Shown here one piece after another: positions 1-13,238 of a stretch of DNA of 64,000 bases (the stretch's first letter is position 1; the number at the start of each line of letters is the position of its first letter). The stretch lies in NCBI GenBank assembly GCA_963514005.1, contig OY740814.1:11904001-11968000 (forward strand), given 5' to 3'. The notes below the pieces were generated by a model. It had not been told where the DNA came from. It ran no database searches and worked only from the letters and a program-made list of their open reading frames with translations. This stretch comes from Raja brachyura (Eukaryota). Position numbers and translations under genes: made by a program.

Positions 1-1152
1 TTTTCTCCAGAGGTGCTGCCTGACCCGCTGAGTTACTCCAGTATTTTTGCGTCTAGTTCCTCATGCAAGAACCGTGAGGGCCGATGGCTGGACGTGGGGC
101 GTGAATAGCGACAGAATTATCTCACCTTTAAACTCCCATCACCTGCAGAAGAGTCCCACCCGACACCTCGCCTATCCAAACTCTCCACAAATGCTGAGCT
201 CCGCGGAATCCGCGGAGTTTTTCCTACACTTTGTTTTCTTACTCGAGATTCCAGTATCTGCAGTCTCTGGTGTCGGCAGGAAAGGGGACGTGGGCCAAGT
301 TCTGAACCAACACATACACCTTCCTCAACATCTGCCGTTTGGTTTTTCAGAAACAGCAACCCTGAGACCAAAGCTGAAGTGGGAATGGGACCAAAGGATT
401 GATAAATAGAGGAGATCGGTCATTTCAATTGTCTTAGAGTTCTAGGTTTTGGTATTGTACAAATTTGGTATTGTACAAAACAATGCTATCATGCAGCAGG
501 AAAAAAAGAAGGCTGACTGAGCTTACTTCTAGGATGTGAATTTTGAGGATGGGAGTGAGATTGGTGCATTTGGAATAGAATTTAGGATATATGGGGTCGA
601 CGTGCCAAAATACTTTGCTATCAAAGGTAGGGTGAAAGACGAAATAGATGCTGCACAAAATGTCAAAATTTAGAATACATTTTGAATATACAAGGGTTAA
701 AGAGATGGTGGAGCTTGAGAAGAGGGAAGGTTGAATGATGGAGAGATTGAAACTAGAGGTCTGCTTGACCAATTGGCCTGTCGGATTGTGAGATCTTGGA
801 TAAATTTGGTTGAAAGTTAGAAGCCTTTTTAAGTTAAATTAAACATATTGTACTAGCAGCATGTGACTTCAGTACTGTATCCCCAAGACAACACAGTCCT
901 GGAGTCTTGCAGCAGCAACCAAGATGGTTTTGGAATCATCAGATTGAGCTAACTCACAAAGTTATACAGCACTGAAACAGGCCTTTTGGCCTAACTCATC
1001 TCTGCCAACAGTGCGTCTACTCATTTGCTTTAATTTGGCCCATAGTTCTCTAAAGCTTTCTAAACTGAACGATTGGCTGCTGATTTATTAATATCACATC
1101 ATATTGGGTTACGTAAATTTTTTGTGACAAGATCAGTGATAACAGATAACAT

Positions 1153-2254
1153 GTTGTAAAGAAGGAACTGCAGATGCTGGAGAATCGAGGGTTACACAAA
1201 AAGCTGGAGAAACTCAGCGGGTGCAGCAGCATCTAAGGAGCGAAGAAGATAGGCAACGTTTCGGGTCGAGACCCTTCTTCAGACTGGTCAGGGATCAGGG
1301 AAACAAGTGATATAGACGGTGATGTGGAGAGATAAAGAACAATGAATGAAAGATATGCAAAAAAGTATCGATGATAAAGGGAACAGGCCATTGTAAGCTG
1401 TTTGTAGTGTGAAAATGAGAAGCTAGTGCGACTTGGGTGGGGGAGAGATAGAGAGAGAAGGAATGCCAGGGCCCGAGGGCTGAGGGAGAGGGGAAGGGGA
1501 GGAGGCAGCCTGGGTTAACAGAATTGAGAAAATTCAATGTTTAAGTCCAGAGGATGTAGACTCCCCAAGCGGAAATATGAGGTGCTGTTCCTCCAACTTG
1601 CGGTGTTGCTCACTCTGGCCGTAGAGGAGGCCCAGGACTGAGAGGTCGGATACGGAATGGGAGGGGGAGTTGAAGTGCTGAGCCACCGGGAGGTCGGGTT
1701 GGTTATTGCGGACCGAGCGGAGGTGTTCGGCGAAACGATCGCCCAGCCTCCGCTTGCTCTCACCGATGTAGATCAGCTGGCATCTGGAGCAACGGATGCA
1801 GTAGATGAGGTTGGAGGAGGTGCAGGTGAACCTCTGTCGGACTTGGAAGGATTGCTTGGGTCCCTGAAAGGAGTGGATGGGGGAGGTGAAGGGACAAGTG
1901 TAGCATCTCTTGCGGTTGCAAGGGAAAGTGCCCGGGGAAGGGGTGGAGCGGGAGGGAAGGGATGAATTGACAAGGGAGTTGCGGAGGGAGCGGTTTTTGC
2001 GGAAGGCAGACGGGGGGGGGGGAGATGGGAAGATGTGGCGAGTGAAGGGGTCATGTTGGAGGTGGCGAAACTGGCGGAGGACTATCTGTTGTATGCGCCG
2101 GCTGGTGGGGTGAAAGGTGAGGACCAGGGGGACTCTGCCCTTGTTGTGAGTGGGGGAATGGGGAGAGAGGGCAGTGTTGTGGGGTATGGAGGAGACCCTG
2201 GTGCGTGCCTCATCTATAGTGGGGGAGGGGAATCCCCGTTCTCTGAAGAACGAG
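1153..2254 (-). mobile_element. 5'-truncated Penelope-like retroelement (GIY-YIG endonuclease end plus 3' pLTR with hammerhead core), 15-bp TSD
   Basis: ORF 1534-2289(-) has a Cys-rich linker (CNRKRCYTC) and GIY-YIG motifs (NLIYCIRC..IYIGESKRRLGDRFAEH..PVAQHFN..EEQHLIF). A frameshift near 1570 continues it as RLGSLHPLDLNIEF. GATAACAGATAACAT is duplicated at 1138-1152 and 2255-2269. Confidence 0.92.
1253..1284 (-). ncRNA. Minimal type I hammerhead ribozyme-like core in the Penelope pLTR
   Basis: Minus strand reads gtCTGAAGA AGGGT CTCG ACCC GAAAC GTTG: CUGANGA box, stem II hairpin, GAAA box. PLE pLTRs are known to carry minimal hammerheads. Stem I is weak. Confidence 0.6.
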
Positions 2255-2669
2255 GATAACAGATAACATCTTGGATTAAAAATTGGCAAGGAAACTTCCT
2301 GTTAACCACCTACTAACCTCCCTCAGCTAATGAAACAGTGCTTTTCCTTGTTGTGCAAAATGTCTGTCACCAAGAGAGGCTTGATTGCAATATTGCTGAC
2401 CATGTTGGCTGAGTTCTGGAGAATGTAGCTATCACCCTTGAAGGTCTATGGCAGATAATGAGTGAAGAAACGCAAGGGATAAAGTAACCTGTCCTTGTTC
2501 TAACTGTGGCAGGTGCATCTTCCACAACAGTATAGAAAGAAGTGACAATTGTAAAGGTGAAATCTAGCCTTCACACCCAGGACATCCTCAATTTGTGGAA
2601 CTACAGTTATGCTAAATGGGACAGACTGAACAGATCTGAGGTCATAATTGGAAATCCACACCACCTATG

Positions 2670-4435
2670 CAAAAGCCAAGCTATTCTATCTTTAACTTTT
2701 CCTATACATGCACCTATCCATATGTCTTTTAAATATAGTTATTGTACCTGCCTCAACCGCTTTCCCTGGCATCTCATTCCATGTATCCACCACCCTTAGT
2801 GTGAAGAAGTTTCCCCACCAGTTCGTACGAAATCTCCCCTCACCTTAAACTTATGGTCTCTAGATTTTGATTCCCCAACCCTGGGAAGAAGACTGTATGC
2901 TTTCACCCTTTATATGTCCTGCATAATTTTGTACATCTCTATAAGATCACCACCTCCACCCCACCACACCCTCTGGCCTCCTGAGTTCCAAGGAATAAAG
3001 TCTTAGCCTGCCGAACCTAAAATCATGGAAAAATCCTCTTTCTGCACCCCTTCCAGACGAACGGTATTTTTCCTACAGCTGGGTGATCAAAACTAAGTAT
3101 AATACTCCTCATCAATGTCTATGATGCACAAAAACATCCTAATTTGTATATTCGGTCCTCATTGTGGTAAAGACCAGCATGCCAAAGGCTGTCTTCACCT
3201 ACCTGTCCACCTGTGATGGCATCTCCAGGGAGATATGTACTTGTGAGCGCAGCCTTGCCAGCAGTGTGTTCGTCCTTTCGACTTTTTTTGTTTTTTAGCA
3301 TGTCTAAATATATGTTTTAGTATGAGGGGTGGGGGGGGGGGGGGTGGGGAAATAGGGGGAAACCTTTGCGGCCTAACTGGATTGGTGCGGCCATTCTCGG
3401 AGACCGACCCAGAGCTTCAGCAGCAGGCACGGCGGGACTTTAACATCGCAAAGCGGGGCGATCCCTTGCCAGAAGAAGTGCTCCGACCGCCGGCCTGAGG
3501 CCTATAACGCCGTGAAGCCACGGTCTCCAAGAAGAAAGTGGCTGATTCGGGAACTCCAAGAGTGTGTGTTTCAATCCGTCCCGATGTCTGAGTTTTGATC
3601 ATCTCGACGAGAGGGCTTGTACATCGGGGCATCCGTAGCGGCGACTATGGAGGGTTCATGGCCCCGACCACGGTAAACAAAGGAGGAAGATTGACTGCAT
3701 GTTATTGCCTTCCATCACAGTAAAGAATGTTGATTCCACTGTGGTGGATGTTTATGTTAAATTCTATTGTGTATTGTGTTCTCTTTGATTGTATGGCTGC
3801 ATGGTAACTCAAATTTCACTGTACCTTAATTGGTGCACGTGACAATAAATGTGAACTTGAACGAGATCCCTCTGTCCCCCATCACTTGCCTGAGTCCTGA
3901 CATTCACTGTGAAGGTCCTACTCCAGGTTGACTTCCCAAAATTAAATGCCCCAAAATAAAATTCCATTCCTTGGTGCATTTACCCAGCTCATCACAATCC
4001 TGTCGTAATTCTTAATGACCTCTTCACTGTCTACAAAATCACTTTGTCATCTGCAAGTTTACTAACAAAGTTTGTATCTATTTTAAATCATTGATATAGG
4101 TAACGGTGGGACCAACATTAACAGCTGCGGCATACTACTAGTCAAGGTTCTTCAGTCCAAGCAACAATCTTCCACTATCACCCTCTGCTTCATACCAACA
4201 ACCATTTTGTGTCCAATTAGCTAGCTCTCCATGGATTCATGCAATTTAACCTACAGAGTAACCTATTGTGCTAAATCTTATCAAACTGCTTGCTGCGAAG
4301 AAAACTTTTACTGCCCTGTCCTTATCAACCTTTTTGGTTACCTTCTTCAAAAAACTCAGTCAAATTCATGAAACGTCATCTCCCATTCATAAAGCTGTGC
4401 TGATTGTCTCTCATCAATCCCTGTCTTTCCAAATA
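2670..4435 (-). mobile_element. Decayed CR1/HER1-type LINE 3' fragment, interrupted by an insertion at ~3245-3862
   Basis: Similar to better-preserved CR1 copies in this window (e.g. 60263-60990). The CR1 sequence resumes at GAGATCCCTCTG (3863). Confidence 0.7.
3245..3862 (+). mobile_element. CpG-rich non-coding retroposon-like insertion with Rex/Babar-type 3' tail
   Basis: Splits a CR1 copy, retains many CpGs, ends GTGACAATAAATGTGAACTTGAAC, and has no RT ORF. Confidence 0.55.
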
Positions 4436-5288
4436 AGGCTACTCCCAGTGACCGAGATTGACAGTCCCTGTCGAGGAAGTCACTTCAGGAGAGGAATCTC
4501 AGGCACAGGATATAGGGAAAGGAAGCCCAAAATGTTATACAGACATTGAAGAAGTACTCAGATCTAAAATGAAACACTGAGCCTTGCTGTCTGAGGATTA
4601 TCATGCTGGCTTTTGAGTTTTCTTGTTACCCCTACTCCAACTTTGTACTTGGCCACATAAAGTTGGGAATGATGTGGGCAAGCTATTTTAAATTCTTGCC
4701 TGCCTGCTCCCTGCTATGTTTTTGCAGTATGGAATGGAATAAAGTTAAAATTACACATCTATCCCATTGCCAACACTCCACCATAGGTTAAAAGTTTAAG
4801 AAAGAATTGCAGATGCTGGAAAAATCAAAGGTAGACAATAGGTCCACCTTAGTAGACCATAGGTAGCATTTACAGAAACACTTTCTTCAGAATGTTGAAT
4901 TGAGCACCAAACAGATTATTCATTCAATGTTCCCTGTCATTTATTGCATCTTTATGCATCATCTAATATGAAGCTTGTGAACTATTTTGCTTTCTAGTTC
5001 ATAAATTCTTACATGCAAAACATAAACTTCTAAAACAATGAATTTGTTGACAGTTGCATCATTACCCAAGATGTGTCATGGATGATTGATTTAACTGAAG
5101 CTGAACGTATTAGTTGTTCTTTTGATTTAAACATGATTTTTTTCTCTGTGAAACACTTATTGAAGCATATATGAAAAAATGTTTGCACTGATTTGCTAAA
5201 AGTCAAAGAAAAAGATGCAATATTTCATCATTTTGTTTGTGCCAATGTTTTACAATATAATGTGCATTTTCTACTTTTATATTAACAG

Positions 5289-5510
5289 GCTTCAATTTGC
5301 CCAAGAAAAGAAGCAGCTCTTCAGCAGGCTAGGAATATAGAGTCCCAAAATCAAAGGGATGAAATTTATAAAGAATTTCTTGAAAAATTGAGTAAAGAAA
5401 AGTCTATATTGGCAAAAGTAAGGGCTGATGAAATGGCATCACGAAAGCAATTCCAAAGAATTTTACAGGAGATCGAACAGGAAAAAATGATGGAAGAAGC
5501 AATTTTGAAG
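5289..5510 (+). CDS. MNS1: MNS1 (meiosis-specific nuclear structural 1) coding exon 2
   Basis: ttaacag|GCT...TTGAAG|gtgagc; 222 nt, phase 0-0; ASICPRKEAALQQARN...EQEKMMEEAILK. Confidence 0.88.
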
Positions 5511-6039
5511 GTGAGCAAATTTCTAGATTTTGTATTGCTGTGTGAAATATACTGGAATCACAAATGCATCACTGCTGTGTTTCATATTAATTTCCTTTAT
5601 TACATAAGAATAGGACCTATGTACAAGAAGTGCAAAAAGTGTGACTATAGCAATAGATTTTATAACAATAGTGGTATTAAGCAATAGTAATTTTATCAAA
5701 TCTTCCTCTTAAGTACATTTTACAATCCTGGCCAAATTATCATTGAGTAAATTGAATTCTATTTTACCTCCCCTGACTTTTTGTATTAAGAACCTGCTGT
5801 TCTATGTAGACCTTGTTTAATATAATTAATTACATATCCACTGACATGTTCACCTTCACCTCTTGTGTGTTATTTAGTTTGATTTAATGTGGTAGTTTTT
5901 TAAGAACGTACTCTTGGCCTTGATACTGCTTAAGATTGCCTTGATGCTGAGTTCCTTTCACAAAGTCTTGTGTGTAGAGGGCTTGAATTGTGTTGTCACC
6001 AAATTAAGAGAGACAAAGTTGTAGCAGCAATGGGCAATT

Positions 6040-6910
6040 GGTTCATTATTGTCACGTGCTGAGATATAGTGAAAAACTAGGTTATGTTCTCTGTGTGTTT
6101 TTCCCTTTTGCACTATGCGATGCACCCATGTATGGTATGATCTGCCTGGATAGCATGCAAAATAGAGAACAGAACCTAGTGTTACAGAAACAGAGAAAAT
6201 TCAGTTTCGGTAAAAAATCGTGGAAGACAGAATCAATGTTGCGGGGTGGGAGGAGGCTGGTTTGTGTGATGGACTGGGCTGCATTCAAAACCAACTGCAA
6301 TTTCTTGGGATCTCAGGCAGAGCGGCAGAGCAGGACTCATACCAAGCTGTATCCAGATAGGATGCATGTGTAGAAATAGAGACATTAGTGTGCTATCTTG
6401 GCCGTAGCAATCAGGGCAAACATTTGGTGATATTTACACAAAGGAACGTGAAGCTCTAGACATTCCACGCTTCATCACCATTCATAGAGACTAGGATATG
6501 TACTTCACTACCTCCTGAAGTTGATAACCAGCTGTGTATTCTGCTAGCCTTGAGGGACAGGTTGTCTTGACACCATGCTACAGTCTTGTTATTGTTTGGG
6601 AACTGACCCACTACAATGGTGTCATCAGCAAATTTGTAAATGGAGTTGTGGAGAATTTGACTGCGCAGTCGTGAGTGTATAGGGAGCTGAAACTTACAAT
6701 ACACTGGTTTTGAAAATTCTCATTGAAGAAGTTTTGTCACCTATCCTTACTGATTGCAGTCCGTGGGAAAGGAATCCAGGATTAATTTGCAGAGGGGGGT
6801 TTTGAGACTAAGATCCAGGCATTAGGAGATCAGTTTGGTTTGATTATGGTGTTGAAAGAGGAGCATAGTCAATAAATAAGAGTCTGATGTAGGTGTCCAT
6901 GTTATATGGA
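6040..6910 (-). mobile_element. Rex1/Babar-like LINE fragment
   Basis: RT motif NSIYKFADDTIVVG..WCQDNLSL in ORF 6456-6704(-); GTGACAATAA-type 3' end near 6045. Confidence 0.7.
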
Positions 6911-7942
6911 TGTTATTCAGTTCTTCGTTTCTCTCCACAAAATGTATTGGAGCAGGACTGAGTGGTGACCTGTGGGGTTCACAGAACCAAGGCACTCTTG
7001 ACAGTTAATTGTAATTTCTTTCAATAGCTCACAGCTTCGTGTGGAGGTTTGAAATAGTGGACCTTCACTCGAATTTGAAATTTCTTTACACTAAAATTAC
7101 ATAACCAATGGTTCTGCCATTAAATATAATAAAAACACTTCTTTCGGGTTGCACCAGTCAAGATTGCATTAAAGATGCAACCACTGAGTATTTGTTTGGA
7201 ATCACAGGAGATGTTGTCTAACCTATTGAAGGATGGGTAATTAAGATTATATTTACATTGACATCTCCTTATTTGGATTATTCAAAAGGATAACATGTTG
7301 TACTCAAAGACTGCGGTTTTACAGATGTGATGCAACAAATTCTAGACATTGGAAACAAAATAATTAGAAAAATATAAGTCTGAATTTAGATACGTTTATG
7401 GGATTTTTTTCAGGAAAAATTGTGCATAATGCAATGAGGTGTCGTCTGTTCCAGTCTTTAAGTTAGTTTATTTTGTCACATGTACCAAGGTACAGTGAAA
7501 AGCTTTTTTGTTGCGTGCTATCCAGTCAGCAAAAAGTCTATATATGATTACAATCAACCATCCACAGTGTACAATGCAGGATAAAGGGAATAACGTTTAG
7601 CGCAAGGTAGTCTGATAAAAGGTAGTCTGAGGGTTTCCAATTAGGTAGATGATAGGTCAGGACCACTGTCTAGTCGGTGATAAGATGTACTGAGAAATTG
7701 GCAAATAATCAAGAAGACCTTGTTAATTAGAATGTTAATTAAGAGGTTAAATTGGATAAATTAAACAAGTTTTAGATTAACTTGGTTGTATTGAGTAAAA
7801 CTAATTGTAGTTCAAGTTCTAAAGCTAATCTGTTAACTTGGATCAATCATTGAAAATGTTTTTTTGATGATCGAGGTTACATTGATTGACGTTCGTGATT
7901 TCTTGTCCATTTATTGTTCTGGACATTTGATATCTATAATAG

Positions 7943-8070
7943 GCAGAAAAGAGAAAAATACTGAAGGCCAAGCAGTTGGAACAGGAGGAAAGGATAGCCA
8001 AGGAGCTTGAAAGAATAAAGTATGAGAAACTAAAAGATGAAAAAATGAGACAGCAAGTCCGAGAAAACAG
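7943..8070 (+). CDS. MNS1: MNS1 coding exon 3 (followed by a GC donor)
   Basis: ataatag|GCA GAA AAG...GAA AAC AG|gcaagt; 128 nt; AEKRKILKAKQLEQEERIAKELERIKYEKLKDEKMRQQVRENS. Confidence 0.92.
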
Positions 8071-8749
8071 GCAAGTTAAAGAAAGATGTCATGCTTATAT
8101 ATTGTTCCATTACCTCAGTGCTGTTATTTAATTAGTCCTTGAAGCATGTTTAAGTAGGCTCAGGTACTCACAACGGCAGCACTGGAAATAAATACTAAAA
8201 CTGATCGCCAAAAGATTTTGTTAATAAAGAATAAACATTGAAGTCCCAGATAAGCTGCAGTTACAAAGTGGTTTGTGGTTAAGTGTAAATGTAAATTTTC
8301 AGATGGATAAAACAATAATTCTGTTTTTATTTACAACTCCTCCAGATCCATCTTTTGACTCTTGTCCCATTATCATCCTCACTTTGGAGCTTCTCCAGTC
8401 CGTCATTTAATCACTACTACTTCGTATCTGACCAACCTTTTAATATTCGTTCATCTACCTTGTTTCTCTTTCTTGCTTCCGTGTATGCTTTCAGTGTATA
8501 AACTGTAATTAGAAAGAATATGAGGCAGAATTTCTGAGAAAACGGACAAGTTGTCATGTTCATATAGTGCTTCCGTACATTCTCAATACTGCTATTTAAA
8601 AAAGTTCTTGAGACATAGATGCTGGACCTTGGCACAACAGACAAACTGCAGGCATAAGCCAGTGGGTCAGGCAGCATCTGTGGTGAAAGGGATAGATATT
8701 TTGGGTTCAGACCTTGCATCTTCCAAAGAAAACAAGTGCAAACTGTTCA

Positions 8750-9700
8750 TATCTCTCTAAAGCTATCCTATCCATGAACCTGTTCAGTTGTCTTTTAAGC
8801 ATTGTAATTGTTTGTGCCTCTACAGCTTCTTTGTGGCAGTTTGTTCCATTTACTCGCCATCCTTTGTGTGGAAAAAGTTGCCTCTCAAGTCCCCTTTAAC
8901 ATAGTTCCCCATTCACCCTCTAGTTTTAGATCCCCCTATCCTGGGGGAAAAACTGTGATCACCATTTTATCTTTGACCTCGTGATTTTATAAACCTCCGT
9001 CAGGTCATCCTTCAGCATTGTTCACATCAGGGAAAAAAGACCCAGCCTTTCCTATTTCTTCTCTTGACTCAAGGCCACAACATCCTTGTGAATCTTTTCA
9101 GCACCCTCGCTAGCTTAATCACATTCTTCCTGTAGTACCACTGATCAAAACTCACACAATATTCCAGGTGGTACAGCCGCACCAGTGTCCTGTACAGCTG
9201 TAACATGATGTCCCAGCTATTGTACCCATACCCCAGCCAATGATGGCAAACATGACATGTTCCTTCTCCACTTCCTTGACACAGGAGTCTGTGTCACCAC
9301 TTTCAGGGAACTAGATACTTGTACCCTCGGGACCCTTCAACAACATTGCCTAAGGTTATGCTTTTGCTCTTTTGCTATGCATGTGCTGCCCTGGTTTAAC
9401 TTGCTAAAATGCATCCTGTCCAAGTTAAATTCCATCCGTCATTCCTTATCCCACTTCCTCAGTTCATCTATTTCCTGTTAAAAGGTTTCCTTTACTGTCC
9501 ACCACACCACTGATTTTTAGTGTCATACATAAACTTAAGATTATTCCTCTTGTATTCTCATCAAAATCGTAATATATAGGACAAACAACAGTGGATCCAG
9601 CACGAATCCCTTGTGGCACACCACTGGCCAAAAGACCCCAATCTGAAAAACAACCTTCCAATTTTGCACCAAACTGCAAACTCACCCTTGTTCCCATGTA
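8750..9700 (-). mobile_element. Decayed CR1-type LINE fragment
   Basis: RT motif remnants (SGVPQG) in ORF 9464-9697(-). Confidence 0.7.
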
Positions 9701-10254
9701 ATCTCATTTTCCAAACCAATCAATTCATCCAGAAGGGAAAACATTTGTTCCATCATCTGATGAGTTAATTGACCTACTCTCTCTCCATTACTGCTTAATC
9801 ATCTAGCAATTTCTAGCAATTTTTGTTCTTCGTTAAGATCGCCAGCTTCCTGTTAAGTCTAACGTGGCCTTTAGTAACATGATTTTGCAACATAATTCTA
9901 AAATTATTTTAAAAAATTGACACATGCAGTCTTACATCTATCCTCCTCTTAATCATCCCCACCCATAAATTCCAAAACAACCCTTTGCAATATTGAGTTT
10001 ATTGGGGTCAGTTATAAACAATTATTGCACATTTTCTGTCAGTTTACAATTTCTTCTATGGAGTGATGCTTCATAACATGTGCATTACTTTGGAAATTCT
10101 ACAGCAATTAACTCTTGGTGCATTATAAAAGCATTTAATATCTTATGATCCATGATCATTGCCTTATATAGGGTTATTTGACCGAAAGGTTTCAGTTAAA
10201 GACATATAAATTGCCACATTTTACACTCTGGTGTTATTGGGCAAAATGATGTAG

Positions 10255-11460
10255 TTGATGAAAGATAAATCATGCTTGACAAATTTGCATGAGTTATGTA
10301 ACAGCAGGAGTCCACAGAAGGGAACCTGTAGATGTAGTGTATTTTAACTTGGAAAGGTATTTGACAAGGTGCTGCATAGTTTGTGCACCACCCTCTTCAG
10401 GACTCATGGTGTTGGAAGTGTATAAGCATGCATTGAAAATTGGCTGTCATGTGGAAAATAGAATTGGAATCATTTGTTGTTTTTCAGGTTTGAAGGATGT
10501 AACTAGTGGACTACATCAGGGATCAAACGGGGATCAGTTCTTGGCACTCTTTTTACTATTTATAATAATGACCTGGAGGAGGGAGTGAAATGAAAAGTAT
10601 CCAATTTTGCCAATGATGCAAAAATGTTGGAGGTGCTTGTTATAATGAGGATATTGGGACTCTACAATAGGATATGGAGAAAATTGAGTGATTGGGCAAA
10701 AACTTGGTAAATGGAATTCATTGTGGGTAAGTGTGAGGTTATGCACTTGGATAGGAAGAATAAAAAGGTGGATTGTTATCTAAATAGAGGAAGACTGCAA
10801 ATGAGTGGAGTTCAGGGGAATCGAGATTATCTTGTGCATGAATAACAAAACGCTAGCAGGCAAAGACAGAAAATAGTTAAGATAAATGACGATTTAGTCT
10901 TTATTGCAAAGTGGTTGGTTTTAAAAAATGGGGAGGTATTGTTGCAATTTTACAAGGTGTTAATGAGACCTCAACAGGAATACAGTGTACAGTTTTGTTT
11001 CCATTATCTAAAAAGTAAACAGTAACATTGGAGGCAGTCCAAAAGAGATTAATTGTATTAATTCCTGGGGTGAGAGGATTATCCTATTAATTGAGGCTAC
11101 GCAGATTGGGTACGAGTTTAGAAGAATGAAGAATTACCTTATTGCGATGTAGAAGATCCTGAAGGCATAGTAGGCAAGATGTTGAGAGGTTCTCATTAGT
11201 CAGAAAGAGTCAAATGAGGGTTCAGAGTTACGAGATAAGGGTCACTTAAAATGGAAGTGGTGAATCCCTGGTTTATTTACCCCAAAGAGTTGTAGAGGCT
11301 AGAACATTATAAGTATTTAAAGTGGAGGTAGATAAACTTTAGAAAGATTAGGAAATTGTGTGTTTCGGTCTCTGGTACGAAAGAGAAGCTGGGAATGGTG
11401 TAGATCAGCCACAATCTTATTGTATTGGAAGGCAGACCTCAGTGGCCGAGTTATCCTTTT
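10255..11460 (+). mobile_element. Decayed CR1-type LINE RT and 3' fragment
   Basis: VDVVYF.., VTSGLHQGS, FANDAK and CEVMHL remnants with frameshifts. Confidence 0.75.
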
Positions 11461-11529
11461 GTGTTGTCTTCCTATTTCAATTAGTTATTCTTATGATTTC
11501 TTCTTGTGTTCCTTCATTTCAAAATTTAG

Positions 11530-11632
11530 TATTGAGCTTCGTGAACTAGAAGCCAAGTTAAAGGCTGCTTACGTGAACAGAGAAAGAGCTGCGCAGATAG
11601 CTGAAAAAGAAGCAAATCGTTTTGAGAAGATA
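11530..11632 (+). CDS. MNS1: MNS1 coding exon 4
   Basis: atttag|T ATT GAG CTT...AAG ATA|gtgagt; 103 nt; IELRELEAKLKAAYVNRERAAQIAEKE matches the recalled vertebrate MNS1 motif. Confidence 0.95.
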
Positions 11633-12028
11633 GTGAGTATTATGCATTAAGATGGATATTGAAATATTTAACTTTTTTGAAAATACTTTGAAATATTTAA
11701 CTATTTATATTATATTGTACTTCCCGAAAGTACTCCCTATTTTAGATTTTTTTTTCTCTTTTCCACACATATCAGAATGTAAACTAATTTCAAAAGCTAG
11801 TACATTAGGAATATGTTGCTTGTGTTTTAGCTTAAATGAACAATGTAGCTTGACTAAAGCTATGCCTTTCATTTGCAAATTATGCCTCCTTAAATGTGTT
11901 ATAGTGTACAGAGTTCAAAACAACATTAGAAGTAAAAAGCGTTAGCTTTTTCAAAAAGTAAAATGCAGTCTGGTCAAATAAAATGCAGAACCACTGGGGA
12001 AAATGAATAATTTGTCTTTTTAAACTAG

Positions 12029-12258
12029 AAACGTGAGGCTGAGCTTGCTAAATTAATGAAGAAGGAAAATGAAAGGGCCACAGTAGAGCGGGCCAAGGAA
12101 GAACAGAAACGCGTTGAACAATCCGTGAGATATCAGAAGGAGCTCGGAAAGCAGGTTGATGAAAATGAACAAAGGAGACAGGAAGAATATGATGAATTCC
12201 TAAAAGATAAACTAAGGATTGATGAAATTGTAAGGAAAATCTATGATGAAGATCATAG
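12029..12258 (+). CDS. MNS1: MNS1 coding exon 5
   Basis: aactag|AAA CGT GAG...GAT CAT AG|gtaaga; 230 nt; ...EEYDEFLKDKLRIDEIVRKIYDED. Confidence 0.95.
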
Positions 12259-13238
12259 GTAAGATCTATTGCAAGTAATGATTTTCTTTAATTTTGTTCA
12301 AAAGAAGCTGTGTAATGCAAGGATATATTTCTGTGTTCGGGTAATTATCTTTCTCTTTCTGAAATGTCTTCCAAGATAATCTCCGGTTTCAGTCAAATGT
12401 AACATTAAATTATCTCTGATGCTAAAAAGTGGGATTAGTGCTTTTGATCAGACATTATGGCCTCTGCCGAGTGTCATAAATGAATATCAAAGTTTTACAT
12501 TTAATTTCATATCCTTTCAGAGCATTCAAAGTGAGATTGACCATTCATCAAAATTGCTAACAAAATAGTATCAGTGGGGACAAAATTTGATGCGCTTCAG
12601 TTGAACTTGATGATTGCAATATAGTAAACAGAAAGATCAGTTGAAACAGGTGTGCCCAAGAAGTATATGCAAGCTGTCAAATATAGTCATCTAAGGGCAT
12701 AATTCCCTGTGAATAGTATGGCTTGAGACAGCTCCTGTCCTGAAGAATAGATTGAAATATTCTTACATTACGTATATAGGTAGATCACATGCATTCTTCA
12801 GTGTCCTTTTCTCAATAGGAGCTGATTATGTGGTTGTCAGTCAGAAAAACTATCTAGAGATAAGCTAAAAAAGGCAGTCAGGAGGGCAAAAAGGGGAGTG
12901 GAGTTGGCTCTGTCAGATAAGATTAAGGATAATCCCCAAAGATTTTATAACTACCGGTACACAAAGGGAAAAAGGGTAATCAGAGAGAGAATTTAACCCC
13001 TCAGGAATCAAAGCAGTCAATTCTGTGGAGCCACAGGAGATGGGTAAGGTACTCAATAAGTATTTCTCTTCTGTTTTTAGAGAAAGGCATGAGGACCAAT
13101 TCGCAATCCGATAGTGGATGGAGTTTTAAACATTTCATTCAAAAATTGTTAATATTTGTGTTCCGAAATTCTTGTGCTTGTAATATTGAAAATACTAATC
13201 TGTCCTGACTTTTATGTTAATCCACTCTTTTTGAATAG

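Noticed and set aside
199-222. CTCCGCGG-AAT-CCGCGGAG hairpin followed by TTTTT, resembling a Rho-independent terminator
   Set aside because: Eukaryotic intron context; it lies within a decayed Penelope pLTR-like fragment.
1657-2259. Plus-strand ORFs overlapping the Penelope endonuclease
   Set aside because: Antisense shadows of the G-rich element with no independent coding signal.
1-5288. MNS1 ATG-containing first exon
   Set aside because: No ATG with a convincing donor found (e.g. ATG|gtggag at ~705 is weak and outside any CpG island). The exon probably lies upstream of the window.
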